Assembly: GCA_964016885.1 (NCBI GenBank)
Contig: OZ024754.1
Coordinates: forward strand, 15,438,001 to 15,502,000
Source: Eledone cirrhosa
Taxonomy: Eukaryota
Direction: 5' to 3'
Length of the DNA: 64,000 nt
The notes beneath the pieces were generated by a model. It was not told the origin of the DNA, ran no database searches, and worked only from the letters and a program-made list of their open reading frames with translations. Of this stretch, positions 14,634 to 27,698 are shown one piece after another (position 1 is the first letter of the stretch; each line of letters opens with the position of its first letter). The translations under genes and the position numbers were made by a program.

Positions 14634-14897
14634 TATATATATATATATAAATAGAATTCACAAGAATCAAAGCTATGTTCAAAGCATTTATTCACTTACA
14701 ATTGTTTCATCCAAACCTAGGGTTGGAGTCTTCGGAGCATTTTTCAATGTTTGTACACATAATTGACCTCCTTTCCAACGCAAGAGACATACAGATACAT
14801 ATATATATATTGATGTACAGTGGAGTGACATATATTATACTATACTATTTTTGTACAGCAATTCAAATTCAATATACATAACCATAAATAGTATCCC

Positions 14898-14933
<36 letters not shown>

Positions 14934-15039
14934 ATAATTTTTTTGGGGGGGATCGATCGACTTTCGTCAAATCGGACCGAGGAAACAATGTTTCCGTTGG
15001 TCTTTCCAGTTGCTAGTACTATCTATCGGTCGCAACTCC

Positions 15040-15165
15040 AGGTAGAAGGAGCAACGTGAAATAAAGTGTCTTGCTCAAGGACATAACGCATCGCCAGGTC
15101 CAGGAATCGAACTCACAACCTCAAGATTTTGAATCCAATTCTCTAACCACTCAGCCACACGCCTT
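15040..15165 (-). mobile_element. tRNA-derived SINE fragment
   Basis: Reverse strand reads GGCGTGTGGCTGAGTGGTTAGAG...GTGAGTTCGATTCCTGG...GTCCTTGAGCAAGACACTTTATTTCACG (A/B boxes plus conserved body). Confidence 0.65.
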
Positions 15166-15589
15166 CATATATACATACACGCCTATATATACATACACGC
15201 CTATATATACATACACACACACACATATACATATATATATGTATATACATACAAAGTGTTAAAACGATCATAGGCACCACATACACGCATGCACACACAT
15301 ATACGTCAGCGTATGGAAAACATTCTAGTCATTAAAAAGACAGGATGGTCACGGCAATGATGTTTTTTGTCTGCAAGAATACTTTGATCCTGCGTTAGGC
15401 AACATGAAACTAGTATTGCGACAACTATGGTAAGAAGTGATAATTCTAAGAGTCTGCTAGTTATATGTATCATGTAAGTATACACATCATCAATGTACAG
15501 GTTATACGTAACTAAAACCATATGTATCTGAAATAGAACATAACCAAAGCCAAGCCAATAACGAATCCAAGAAAAGGTAAACCATAATC

Positions 15590-16048
15590 ATACTATCAAC
15601 CCTACCCCCAAACCGTACCGCATCAGCCATATATTAAATTCAAACATATTCTTCAAAGCCATACTCTAACCCTAACCCTAACCCAAACCGTACCGCATCA
15701 GCCATATATTAAATTCAAATATATTCTTCAAAGCCATACTCTAACCCTAACCCTAACCCAAACCGTACCGCATCAGCCATATATTAAATTCAAATATATT
15801 CTTCAAAGCCATACTCTAACCCTAACCCTAACCCAAACCGTACCGCATCAGCCATATATTAAATTCAAATATATTCTTCAAAGCCATACTCTAACCCTAA
15901 CCCTAACCCAAACCGTACCGCATCAGCCATATATTAAATTCAAATATATTCTTCAAAGCCATACTCTAACCCTAACCCTAACCCAAACCGTACCGCATCA
16001 GCCATATATTAAATTCAAATATATTCTTCAAAGCCATACTCTAACCCT
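15590..16048. repeat. 75-bp minisatellite (~6 copies) carrying (TAACCC)3
   Basis: Unit CTCTAACCCTAACCCTAACCCAAACCGTACCGCATCAGCCATATATTAAATTCAAATATATTCTTCAAAGCCATA; period 15664 to 15739. Confidence 0.92.
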
Positions 16049-16493
16049 TTCAGCCAAACAACAGCGACACCGCTCTAATTACTAGTATGGCGGTATATAT
16101 ATATTATCATAATCTTTTTAATTTTCACAGAAAACGATGGCAGTTTCGACTGTATTAGGCTTTTCAGACTGCAGTTACTACATTGATATTATCAGTTTAT
16201 GTTTGATTCTGACATATATGGTATGGCAGTATAGTCCCGTAACTTCTGGTGGGGTCGTATTATCATACGGTGTTTCTGGGGCATGTTTAAGCCTGGCAGA
16301 GCACACCCCTCTCCAGTACATTCTAACTGTGCTTTCAATCTTTTAAAATTATCAACACTTGTATTACCTGGTGTGTCCTTTCACTGTTTGGGATAGCATG
16401 TGGAGATGTAACTGCTACTTTAAGTAGATCAAGCAAGCATGTAGTATAGGGATGGGGAACCTCCTGACCACATTCATATTTGAAACCACCCAC

Positions 16494-16790
16494 AGACGTG
16501 GCCTCGTGATAAGGGTGTTGTACTTACAATCATAATGTCGTATGTTCGAGTCCTGGGCTGGCTTGTGTGTTGTGTTCTTGAGCAAAACACTTCATTTCAC
16601 GTTGCTCAAGTATACTCAGCTGAAAATGAGTACCATCAATAGCTGGTGGGGGGGGGGGGGCTGCGATAGGTTGACATCCTGTCAAGGCAAATGGGTGGGG
16701 TCCTGTATTCTCAGTCGCTTCACGTCACGGAAACCAGGATAAGCACCGGCCTCAGGAGTCTCTGGACTCAAGACAGACTTCAGACTTTTA
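16494..16790 (+). mobile_element. tRNA-derived SINE
   Basis: GTGGCCTCGTGATAAGG (A-box-like), GTTCGAGTCC (B box), then GTGTTGTGTTCTTGAGCAAAACACTTCATTTCACG body also seen at 15040-15165 and 38920-39068. Confidence 0.65.
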
Positions 16791-17835
16791 GTCGACAAAA
16801 TCTCTAAGACGCCATATTAAAAAAAAAAATGGCTTAATTCATAAGTAAAAACAAAATAAATACTTTAATATATGTTGTGTACCTCTCAATATGTATAATT
16901 AACGATTGGCATTTTTTTTTTTTTTTTTAGGTGGGGGCACATAGATTCGTGTGCACTTGTAATTTGCCCCTAATACTAAAAACGGTTTTCCACCTCAGGC
17001 GAAGAGGAGCCCTGTTTGACAAGATTTAATGTTACTGGTTAATCGGTGTAGTGTAGATAGCATGTATATAAGTAACAGATAATTCCTATAATGGATAGTG
17101 AGAGGAAAATGGAACTAAATGTTATTGCTACAGACATTACAGTTGGAATTTGTAATTGTGTTCGATAGAATATTTATTCAAGCTCATTGCTAACTCATTC
17201 AAGTCAGTGCCTGCATTAATGCAGAGTAATGCCATAATAAATAGTGTAGACGGGAAACCAATACAAGAATCGATGCATAATTGTTATAACATGCAGGAAT
17301 AAGAAAGAAAATAGCATGTGGAGTATAATTCTAAATATTAGGCTATCAGAAAAATACCCACTTACTTGGTAGAGTTAATAGCATAGGTTTTCGTTCTGAT
17401 AAAGAAAGTAAATATTTGCAGCTGACCTTGAAATTAAGTGATGCGTCGGCGATCAAATCGACATCTTTCTAGGCCAATGTGACACAAAGGGCGATAAATC
17501 CAGCCGCCGTGCGATTCATAATGGGTGTGTGTGTGTTGCGATTCATACACCCACTCTTATTCGCGATGAGATACAAAAGGAAGCAGAGAATTTGTAAATA
17601 TTTAGCATAATCAATTGAGTTGCGAATCCAAAGGATTGGACAATCAATAAGATAATTGTAGGAAAAAAAGTACTTCAGCATGTTTTAACCGGGTGACTAA
17701 ACCATTGCTAGTGAAACTTGGGTAAAGATAAAGATCACCATCTTCAACAACATTATTAATATAATGGCATAAAGTTACGGTCCTTTACCGATCTGAGTTC
17801 AAATCCCGCCGAGGTTAGCTTTGTCTTTCATCCTT

Positions 17836-18236
17836 TTGTTGTTTTTTGTTATTGTTTTTTTGTTGTTTTTGTTGCTGTTTTTTGCTGTTTTTGTGCTGCT
17901 TTTGTTGTTTTTTGTTATTGTTTTTTTTTTGTTTTTGTTGCTGTTTTTTGCTGTTTTTGTGCTGCTTTTGTTGTTTTTTGTTATTGTTTTTTTGTTGTTT
18001 TTGTTGCTGTTTTTTTGCTGTTTTTGTGCTGCTTTTGTTGTTTTTTGTTATTGTTTTTTTGCTGTATTTGTTGCTGTTTTTGCTGTTTTTGTGCTGCTTT
18101 TGTTGTTTTTTGTTATTGTTTTTTTGCTGTTTCTGCTGTTTTTGTGCTGCTTTTGTTGTTTTTTGTTATTGTTTTTTTGCTGTTTTTGTTGCTGTTTTTG
18201 TGCTGCTTTTGTTGTTTTTTGTTGGTTTGTTTGTTT
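17836..18236. repeat. T/G-rich degenerate tandem repeat (~65-bp units of GTT/GCT motifs)
   Basis: Recurring GTTGTTTTTTGTTATTGTTTTTTTG...GCTGTTTTTGTGCTGCTTTT; interrupts a SINE copy at 17770-17835. Confidence 0.85.
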
Positions 18237-18502
18237 GGGGAGGAAGGTGTTGGGTGTTGTAACTCTCGAATGGGGAAATGAATAAACAGAATGCTGTGAT
18301 CACAAAACAAAGGAACTGATATGCTGCCTTGGCTGAAAATATTACAGCGAGGCACACAGAACCAACGTGTCTTGGAGGCTTCATTGTAGAGTTCAGACTT
18401 CATCTTCCTATAGTTTATAGATCGGTAGACCTGCTGAAAATATTTAATTCCCATTCGCTGCATAAACACACGTGGGGATAGAAATTTAGCAAGATATTTG
18501 TC

Positions 18503-19195
18503 ATTGGCAGTATCGGTAGAGGGTCGGACGCCATGCTTTCCAGCATAGTTACGGCCCTTTATGATCTGAATTCAAACCCTGCCGAGGTTAACTTTGCCTT
18601 TGATCCTTAAAAGGTCGATAAAATGAAGTACCAGTCACGCACTGGGTTCGATTTAATCGACTTTCCCTTGTCCCAAATTGCTGGCCTTGTGCCTATATAA
18701 GGAACCATTATTATAAAGGGCGGTGGATTGGCAGTATCGGTAGAGAGTCGGACGCCATGCTTTCCACCATAATTACATCCTTTTACAGTCTGAGTTCAAA
18801 TCCCGCCGAGGTTAACTTTGCCTTTCATTTTTACGGGGTCGATAAAATAAAGTACCAGTAATGCACTGGGGTAATTGCTGGCCTTGTGCCCAAAGTAGAA
18901 ATAATTATTATAATAGTGAGGAGGGTGAAGGCTTGGCAGTAGCGTTAGAGCGTTGAACAATATGCTTTATGATATATACTTACGTCTCTTTACATTCAGA
19001 GTTCAAATCCCGCCGAGGTTAGCTTTGCCTTTCATCTTTACGGGGTCGATAACATAAAGTACCAGTAATGCACTGGGATAATTGCTGGCCTTGTGCCAAA
19101 AGTAGAAACAATTAGGCGGTGGATTGGCGGGATTAGTAGAACACTGGATAAAATGCTTTGCATTTTGTTCCGTCCGTATCCGTCCTTCTGGATTC
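18503..19195 (+). mobile_element. Tandem cluster of 3-4 SINE copies
   Basis: Repeated GGCGGTGGATTGGCAGTATCGGTAGAG...GAGTTCAAATCCCGCCGAGGTTAACTTTGCC...AATTGCTGGCCTTGTGCC. Confidence 0.8.
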
Positions 19196-20977
19196 ATTAT
19201 TAATACACAGCAGTCATGTAGTATGACTTGATATAACTAACTGCTTCATCTTCGAAGGCGTGGCCTTTGACATATTTTAGAAATCAATATTATTCTCTTG
19301 CAGGTGGTGGATCGTCAGTTTTAGTTTAATGTAGAAAGAAAAGCCCTGTTGATAAAAGGGTGAGATTATCTAAGTAAACGTGTATGTATTGCAAGTAACG
19401 ACTATTAGATGATTAACAAAACTTGGAGAAATATATGCATGTATGTAACAAATACATGAGGTAAATTCTAACCTATTTATTTCTACTTCATTATTATATC
19501 AATACTTCGGAGTACACAGACTTACATGTATACTTCGTCGTGAACTCAGTCCTGTGTACATTCATATCGGTTGATTAACTAACAAAAATTATACCATGTG
19601 TATGTGTGTGTGTCTTTACTCATATAAACTTGCATATCTGAGGAGATGTCGAGGAAGTGTCGGGCCCTGGTCATTCTGATTGTAACCTAAGCTGATCGAT
19701 ATTAAAACGATTGTAATATTCCAATAAAGTTTATATATATATATGTTGCAACAGTGACTTCGATCCTACTAACGTTATCTTTTAATTTAATCCTTAATTT
19801 CTAGAAGCTATCGTTGTCTCTCCTTTTGTGAGTCTTTTGAGAGTTATTAACAAATACCATGGAAATTTCAACATCAGGAACTCTTGTCATTCTTTATCCA
19901 GTACATCATAAGCTGCCTGAATTATCTAAATTCGTTGCCAGCTCCCGAAATATCGTTTTTCTTTTACCTCATTTATTGTAATTATTTCCCCTATTTTACT
20001 ACCCAGCATGCATTGTCCCTTTTTCTACATGCAAACATATTTTCCCATTGCTTCAGTAGACTATGCTCTGCTAATGAAATCAAATTAGTCCAAAACATGT
20101 CTCTTGCTGTTACCTTAACTGCTAACAAAGATCATATTTTTCCCCTAGGCATGTCAATTCATTTTCTGTGAAATTAAATGTTTAATATTTTAAATTACCT
20201 TTTCTTTTCTTTGGAAGTTGCTAACGGCTACCATTAGTTTTTTGTTTTTTTCTTTTCATGCTTTCTTTTCATGCTTTCTTTTTCCAACTATTCTAATTAA
20301 TAAAGAATTGTTGTAGCAAATATTACCTAAATCCATACCTTTGGTCACCTTGAATTATTTCCTTCAATTCACTCCATGGGTCTGTGTGTGTTTATATGTA
20401 TGTCTGTGTGCCTGTATCACTGTAAGCGTCTCCATATGATATGACTGCGTGTGTTCGTCTTTATGATGTGTGTGTGTGTGTATAAAATCATTTTACTTCA
20501 TTTGTTCTTCATTCAAACATCGTTGCTATGGAGAACTTCACAGTAAGAAATCTTTACTTATGACTGTTAAGATCTATCTATATATTACTAAAAGTCTGTG
20601 ATTGCTTGCTTGCTTGTCTGTAATGCAATATATCTAAAAGGACGCATAATGGGGAAATACTTTGAAAGGAAGTTGACCCTGAAATGGGAATACAAATGGA
20701 ATAAAACAAGCTTCGCATAAATCGGTGCACGGGTTCCCGAGATACGGGGTTTTTCCGGGTACCTTCATAAACAGAGAGAGAGAGAAAGATAGAGAGAAAG
20801 ACATAGTGGTTGTGAGAGAGTAGATTGAAAGAGAGACATAGAGAGAGGGAAAGGAGACAGAGAAGGAGAATGGAAGAGAGCTGGTGGTGTTGTTGTGTAT
20901 ATATATATGTGAGTGTGTGTGTATATATATGTCTGTGGATATGTGTGTGTGTCTATAACCAGTGTATATAGATCACA

Positions 20978-21060
<83 letters not shown>

Positions 21061-21244
21061 CCAAAGATTAATATGGTGCGTTGATTATTCAACGAATACA
21101 ATTTTACAATAGAGTAGAAAACGTACTTAAATACCATTGTACTTTTGAAATCTTAACTATAATAATATGTATAATAAAATATATATTTTGATTATGAGAA
21201 TATTTTTCATTTATTAATATTTTGAATAATATATATATATATAT

Positions 21245-21465
21245 AAGTGGTTACACAAAAATTCGTTCACCATACCGAGAACAATTGTTTCACCTTAGCG
21301 GATTCTCACGTATAACCATGTCCATTACGAGCTGAAGATCCGCCTAGGTGAAACAATTGTTCTCGGTATGGTGAACTAACTGTTGTGTAACCACTTCTAC
21401 CTAACTCGTCCCATGAACTGAGTGCTCTGCCACTCCAGGTATTACCTTCCAGTGTTCTACCACTA
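21245..21465 (+). mobile_element. Short fold-back PLE pLTR fragment in (TA)n
   Basis: 21245-21303 is inverted at 21338-21396; contains a hammerhead motif; (TA)n on both sides. Confidence 0.65.
21328..21365 (+). ncRNA. Minimal type I hammerhead ribozyme motif
   Basis: CGAG-CTGAAGA-tCCgcctaGGt-GAAA-CAATTG-TT-CTCG; stem I CGAG/CTCG; palindromic stem III; stem II weak. Confidence 0.5.
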
Positions 21466-21533
21466 TATATATATATATATATATATATTAATTCAAAATA
21501 TTAACAAAAATAGACAATTCTTGTGATCAAGTA

Positions 21534-21600
21534 TATTTTATTATACATATTTCAGAGGTACTGAGCTAACTTCAACAGTACGTCCTCATCAGATAAAATA
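21534..21600 (-). ncRNA. Minimal type I hammerhead ribozyme
   Basis: Minus strand: TATTTTAT-CTGATGA-G..GTACTG...CAGTAC..T-GAAA-TATGTA-TA-ATAAAATA. Confidence 0.75.
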
Positions 21601-22388
21601 ATATGATGCATGACATACCCTGACATAGCAGATGGTTAAGATTCAGTCATGGTAGTGAGTAAGATATGACAAAACTCAATATTCATATACCTTAAGATTG
21701 AGACATGAAAAACTTACATATAATACATATAATACAGAGGGTGCGTGTGAGAAAGCTTAAAAATACATAACAGCAATTTACATAACTGTTAGAGATTCAA
21801 ATAATTTAAATTATTGAAGAAAGAGGAAAGAAGAAAGAAAGACAGAGAGAAAACAGATGAGGGGATAATATAGCTAGTAGAAGTATAGAGAGCAAAAGAG
21901 AATTGATTAAGGAAAGAGAGACAAAGAGAAATAATTTTTATAGTGTAAAACATTGGGAGGGATGAATTATATATATCTATACAGAACTATACATTTGGGC
22001 ATAGCTTTGCGAAAGAGTAAGCTCGAATCTTTGAATTAATGAATTATCTAGAAGTATTCATCAATCTAAATCTTAAATATAACTGGGTGTAATTATATGA
22101 AGGTTAATTTCCAGTCCTTAATTAATTAGTTATATATACTATCCAAACGTATCCGGTTGACCGTTAACTTTCAAATCATTTAAGTTAGTTCAGAGTAATG
22201 ACTTAATCAAAGTGTATAATATTTCAGGCTATAAAAGTTTATATTAAAGTATACTAACATATTTAATTTATAAAATCATATTTTATGAAATGATATTTAA
22301 ACTATTTGCAAGCATGAGAAAGAAGACATAATATTTTCATCCTCACAAAGGTAATTCTTATTAAATGTTATTATATTATATTTAATTA

Positions 22389-22575
22389 GGGCGGTGGATT
22401 GGCAGTATCGGTAGAGGGTCGGACGCTATGCTGACGTATAGAGTTACGGCCCTTGCCATTCTGAGTTCAAATCCCGCCGAGGTTAACTGTGCCTTTCATC
22501 CTTACGGGGTCGATAAAATAAAGTACCAGTAATGTTCTGGGTAATTGCTGGCCTTGTGCCAAACGTAGATACTAT
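22389..22575 (+). mobile_element. SINE copy inserted in PLE 3' region
   Basis: Same family as the 18503-19195 cluster. Confidence 0.8.
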
Positions 22576-23811
22576 TATATTTAATTATTTATATTATATT
22601 GAAAATAATTCACATTATAAAATTTATAAAATAATTACAATTATAATTTTAAAAATTAAGATTAACAATTAGAATGCCTTAAAGCATCTAAAAGTCTAAT
22701 AATTAAACTTTAAAAAAAAAAGTCTATTATTAAATTAGATATATGCATTTGTACCTATCAGTTACATATAACATAATACAATACAATAAATAAGTTACTG
22801 ATAATATTGTTAAAAATGAAGGTTTTAGATCAATTATTATAATAGGATCATGTAATACATATATACTATAAATATACAAGTCAAACTTCATGAATCATAA
22901 GGATAAGAACCAGATTCAAAGTAAAAAAAGTGAATTGTTTGCGATCTTAAAAGTGCCCAATATCCAAGCTATATAGTTTAAAAATACAAGAAATATTTTT
23001 TTATTTTAAAGATTTATATAGTAGTATAATATAATATCTAAAGTGTCTGCAAATATGAGAAAGGGAGAACCTAAGGATTTCATTGACCCGAATTTAATTA
23101 AATTAAATTAAATAATAATCGTTATATAAATTTAGAAAATTTAGAAAATATTTAGAAAATATTTAACGATTATAACACTAGAAAGTCATTTAAGTATCTG
23201 AAGTACTTATAAATGTAACTAGAAGCATGTTATTATACTAGATATACATATTTGTTCAAATATATATATAGAGAGAGTATTACAGATATAATCGATATAC
23301 ATATAATAAATAATAAGTACAATCATTGTTAGTAATGTTATAATTGAAGTTTTACATCAAGTTAAGTGGAAAAAAAAGGTTTGTCGACTAGTATCGTGTG
23401 TGACGCATATACCATAAATATATATAAATAAAATATAAATAAAATATAAATAAAATATATAAATCAAACTTCCTGAATCGTAAAACATACTCCGAATGAA
23501 TAAATATACAAAAACATAAATGCATGAATGATTTACAGTTCATTATAAATGTTAAGCATATAAGCCATATATTTAAAAAATATACAAGAATCCCAATCTA
23601 AATTAAATATATCTAAACAATCAAATGATATGCACATTCATCAAGAGATCATGTTAACAAATATGTTTATATACCTATACAGGACCCTTTAATCTAATAT
23701 TAATCATATCATAAATGAATAAAAAATAAAAAATTATTAAAGTGTTATAATCTGTTATAACGTTTTAGGTACACAGTTGATAAGAGACGTCAAAAATTAG
23801 AACCTGTTTAT

Positions 23812-25161
23812 TTAGTGTTTTTTCCTGACTTTTTGCGAGGAGTGGAATGTAGATAAAGCTTTATGAAGGCAGTTTGAGAATAATTCACTTTTTTTGTTAA
23901 TTAAATTTTCATAATTAGTAATTATTAATAGGGTTTCCATGGTACAGAGGTTGCAGTTAGGTGATATTGAAGAATTCAAGTAAATTCTACTATTACACAA
24001 CTTCGTCCAAGAAATCGAGTATTTTAAATTTTTGTCTTTTAATGACCATATAAGTTGTGATAAAGAAGTCGAAGATTTCCTATTAGGATTCGAAAAAGAG
24101 CATTTGTGATTCGCAAATCTTGATTTAAATGTCGAAGAAGTTGCACCAATATAGTTGTATGTGATGTTATTTGCTTTTACGGTGCATTTATAGACCAGAT
24201 TGCTATCCAGACAATTATTTTGCAGAGGGCAATCTAGTTTATTTCTACAATTACATTTCGATTTATTGTTATTACTATAAATTGTACTATTTACATTAAC
24301 ATTATTAGTACTCCGAAATGTTCTATTGATTGTGCTTATATTAATGTTATTGTTAATATTGCTAGTGTTATTATATTCATTATCGTTAAATGTATGTTGA
24401 TTATGATTTAGAATTCTACTATTTATTTTAGCGATGTTCTGAGCCATATTCATAGTTGTAGAATAAGAAAGCTTAATTGTGTGTCTGTTAAATATGCAAC
24501 GGTATTTATGTTGAATGGGGAAGGATTTATCTAAAGCTTTAAAGAATAGATTTGCGAGTGGTGTTTTTATTGCTACAGAAGCTGTGAGGGGGGGGGGCAT
24601 ATAACTGATTTAGTTCTGATGTTTTCCCCGATTTATTCACGGTACTGGTGTTTGTATTATAATTTTTAGAATCTCGTTTATATATGTTAGTCTTATTTTT
24701 ATCAGGATTATAATTCAAATTATTATTATCTATATATTCTATATTATTTTTATAACCTGTCTTTCGTAGCACGTCATTATAATATCTTGCCTTTTCATCA
24801 AATATGGATTTATTAGCGGATATTCTAGTTATGCATTTCTGTACACTATTGACTATTGCATTTTTCACTGATTTAGAGTGATTAAAGTAATAGCTAACGT
24901 AGTTTAAGTTTTCATTGGGCTTATGGTCCAATACTCATTGTTGAAATTAATTAGAGTTCTTCTAGCAGTTAATATGATATCGATTTCATCCGTAGTTAGA
25001 TATGTATGTTTATAAGCATAAGATAACGCTTTATTTAATAGGTTAGGTGTAATAGAAGAATAATAGTTTGCTATGTCCATTTGGATGAATTTGTGATTTT
25101 TCTTATTATCTATATTTTTAAACCAGTCAATCACTTCATTAGTGTCCTTCCATAAGCTCAA
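23812..25161 (-). pseudogene. PLE reverse transcriptase/GIY-YIG polyprotein, internally deleted and frameshifted
   Basis: RT N-part WKDTNEVIDWFK..FIQMDIANYYSSI (24904..25161); thumb HKPN..YV..NH (24539..24931); CNCRNKLDCPLQNNC-LVYKC-YIGAT..FKSRFANH..CNLC (23812..24600). The central catalytic RT motifs are missing at the ~24925 junction. Confidence 0.85.
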
Positions 25162-25792
25162 TTTAGCCTGAAATATTATACACTTTGATTAAGTCATTAC
25201 TCTGAACTAACTTAAATGATTTGAAAGTTAACGGTCAACCGGATACGTTTGGATAGTATATATAACTAATTAACTAAGGACTGGAAATTAACCTTCATAT
25301 AATTACACCCAGTTATATTTAAGATTTAGATTGATGAATACTTCTAGATAATTCATTAATTCAAAGATTCGAGTTTATTCTTTCGCAAAGCTATGCCCAA
25401 ATGTATAGTTCTGTATAGATATATATAATTCATCCTCCCAATGTTTTACACTATAAAAATTATTCCTCTTTGTCTCTCTTTCCTTGATCAATTCTCTTTT
25501 GCTCTCTATACTTCTACTAGCTATATTATCCCCTCATCTGTTTTCTCTGTCTTTCTTTCTTCTTTCCTCTTTCTTCAATAATTTAAATTATTTGAATCTC
25601 TAACAGTTATGTAAATTGCTGTTATGTATTTTTAAGCTTTCTCACACGCACCCTCTGTATTATATGTATTATATGTAAGTCTTTTCATGTCTCAATCTTA
25701 AGGTATATAAATATTGAGTTTTGTCATATCTTACTCACTACCATGACTGAATCTTAACCATCTACTATGTTAGGGTATGTCATGCATCATCT

Positions 25793-25859
25793 TATTTTAT
25801 CTGATGAGGACGTACTGTTGAAGTTAGCTCAGTACCTCTGAAAAATGTATAATAAAATA
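25793..25859 (+). ncRNA. Minimal type I hammerhead ribozyme (inverted pLTR copy)
   Basis: TATTTTAT-CTGATGA-GGACGTACTG...CAGTACCTCT-GAAA-AATGTA-TA-ATAAAATA; one stem III change relative to the 21534 copy. Confidence 0.65.
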
Positions 25860-26296
25860 TACTTGATCACAAGAATTGGCTATTTTTGTTAATATTTTGA
25901 ATTAATATTAATAACTCCGGAAAACCATTAGCTGTTGAGTGCTTCCAATGTATTGTAAAACTCATTCTTTGATTTATTCATTGAACCTTGTTTAACCTTT
26001 AAATATATATATATATATAAGTATACTCACACACATTTATATATATACATACACACACACATATATATATGGGCCTTCCAGTTTCATTTCACATTATATA
26101 CATGTCTACTAATTATTAATTATTTAAAGTGAATAATATTTTGAAGTGAACGTGACCCAATGGGTCACGGGTGGTCTAGTATTCAATAAAACTACGTTAA
26201 ATAAATTATTATTACGTTATACCTTTACTAAACTGTTAAGATATTCAGTAAAACTACATCAAATAAATTATTATTACGTTATACCTTTACTAAACT

Positions 26297-26648
26297 GACC
26301 CATTAAAGTACCAACTGATCTGTCCCATTAAAGTACTCAACTGATCTGTCCCATTAAAGTACTCAACTGTATCACTAAAGTACCAACTGATCTGTCCCAT
26401 TAAAGTACTCGACTGTCCCATTAAAGTACTCAACTGATCTGTCCTATTAAAGTACTCGACTGTCCCATTAAAGTACTCAACTGATCTGTCCCATTAAAGT
26501 ACTCGACTGTCTAATTAAAGTACTCGACTGTTCCATTAAAGTACTCAACTGATCTGTCCCATTAAAGTACTCAACTGATCTGTCCCATTAAAGTACTCGA
26601 CTGTCCCATTAAAGTACTCGACTGATCTGTCCATTTAAAGTACTCGAA
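26297..26648. repeat. Minisatellite of mixed 21/26-bp units
   Basis: Repeated (CTGAT)CTGTCCCATTAAAGTACTC(A/G)A; preceded by a ~55-bp direct duplication (26181-26297). Confidence 0.9.
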
Positions 26649-26759
26649 TTGCCACAAACCTATATTTTATGTATTTTAAGTACCAGTAATTCTTTTAGTT
26701 GAGAGTACACCTTCACCAAGTTCTTCTTCTTCTTCTTCTAATGTATATCTCAGTCCTCA

Positions 26760-26915
26760 GAATTGCCTTGCAAAATGTCCTAACTATGGCCCCTATCGAG
26801 CAATACCGGAGGAAAACCATTTCGGTCACTTGTATTCACGATCATGTTTTTTCGGCCATTTCCCAAGATTCATGACCATCTTTAAGAGTTGGCAGGAATA
26901 CAGAATTGTTAAAGG
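26760..26915 (-). mobile_element. RTE-type LINE fragment
   Basis: FNNSVFLPTLKDGHESWEMAEKT..IQVTEMVFLR resembles the RTE post-RT motif P.L.YG.ESW...IQAAEM.FLR. Confidence 0.6.
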
Positions 26916-27302
26916 TAAAGTTGACCTCGGCAGGACTTGAACTCAGAGATGGCTGAGACTTACAATGAATACTACAAAGAATTCTATTGGAGGTTCTAAC
27001 ATTTTTGCCATTTCGCGTCCTCGCTGATAAATTATGAAAGAGAGTTATTAATTTAAACATGCTGTAATTAAATTAATGAAGCCTTCATCTGATTATTAAT
27101 GAGGGAGTCACAATTCTGTTTCCTATGTAGTTTTGTATAAATTATCATTATATATTTCTTGTATATTGAAATTATAATTACATTTGAATAAGACATTGAA
27201 TCTCGGTTACTGCTCGACAACAAGTAGTAAACAGTGTAGATAGAAGACAGCGTTTAAATGTAAACAAACACTTTCATAGATATTATCATCATCATCATTC
27301 TC

Positions 27303-27336
<34 letters not shown>

Positions 27337-27426
27337 ATAGATATAGATATAGATATAGTTATATATATATATTTATCATACACAAAAGTCAACAAACTTT
27401 ACAGACAGAAACGCATTAACGGTAAG

Positions 27427-27698
27427 TGTTGTATTCCTCTCGGTACTCGCAGAGAAAACACAACGAGTTATATCAAATAATTTGTGTAATTTGCGAAACA
27501 ACCAAAACGCCCCTCCTCGCAGTAGCAGAATAACATAAAGTAAGTAGCAGTGTGTGACCGAGTTTTTAATACCAACGCTGACAGACTGCCCAGGTCACGT
27601 GATTCATATGCAAATGTGTGAGCACGTGTAAATTGAATAGAAATTTAACAGTCCATACAACAATGAGGTTGTGAGTTCGATTCCCAGTCCATGCAACA
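27427..27698 (-). repeat. 3' LTR
   Basis: Direct repeat of 32186-32441 with about 7 substitutions and a 16-bp indel (counted by eye). Confidence 0.92.

Larger units (their letters stand above)
21484..26003 (-). mobile_element. Penelope-like element (Hydra-group-like) with inverted ~745-bp pLTRs
   Basis: 21484-22231 is the reverse complement of 25164-25908; RT and GIY-YIG remnants between them; hammerheads in both arms; (TA)n at both ends. Confidence 0.9.
20573..26179 (+). mobile_element. Probable non-autonomous Helitron hosting nested PLEs
   Basis: 5' A|TCTATCTATATATTACTAAAAG at 20572/20573; 3' hairpin CGTGACCCA-A-TGGGTCACG followed by GGTGGTCTAG|T at 26179. Pairing of the two ends is inferred. 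Confidence 0.55.

Noticed and set aside
16131-16346. Host exon after a good acceptor (TTTTCACAG, 16130)
   Set aside because: No partner exons or recognisable protein; cannot be supported from sequence alone.
16494-16565. tRNA gene
   Set aside because: A/B boxes only, no good cloverleaf, and it continues into a SINE body.
17821-18469. Hydrophobic or Cys-rich membrane-protein-like ORFs
   Set aside because: Produced by the T/G-rich tandem repeat; open in several frames.
26297-26648. CRISPR-like short repeats
   Set aside because: No unique spacers; simple minisatellite with 5-bp indel variants.
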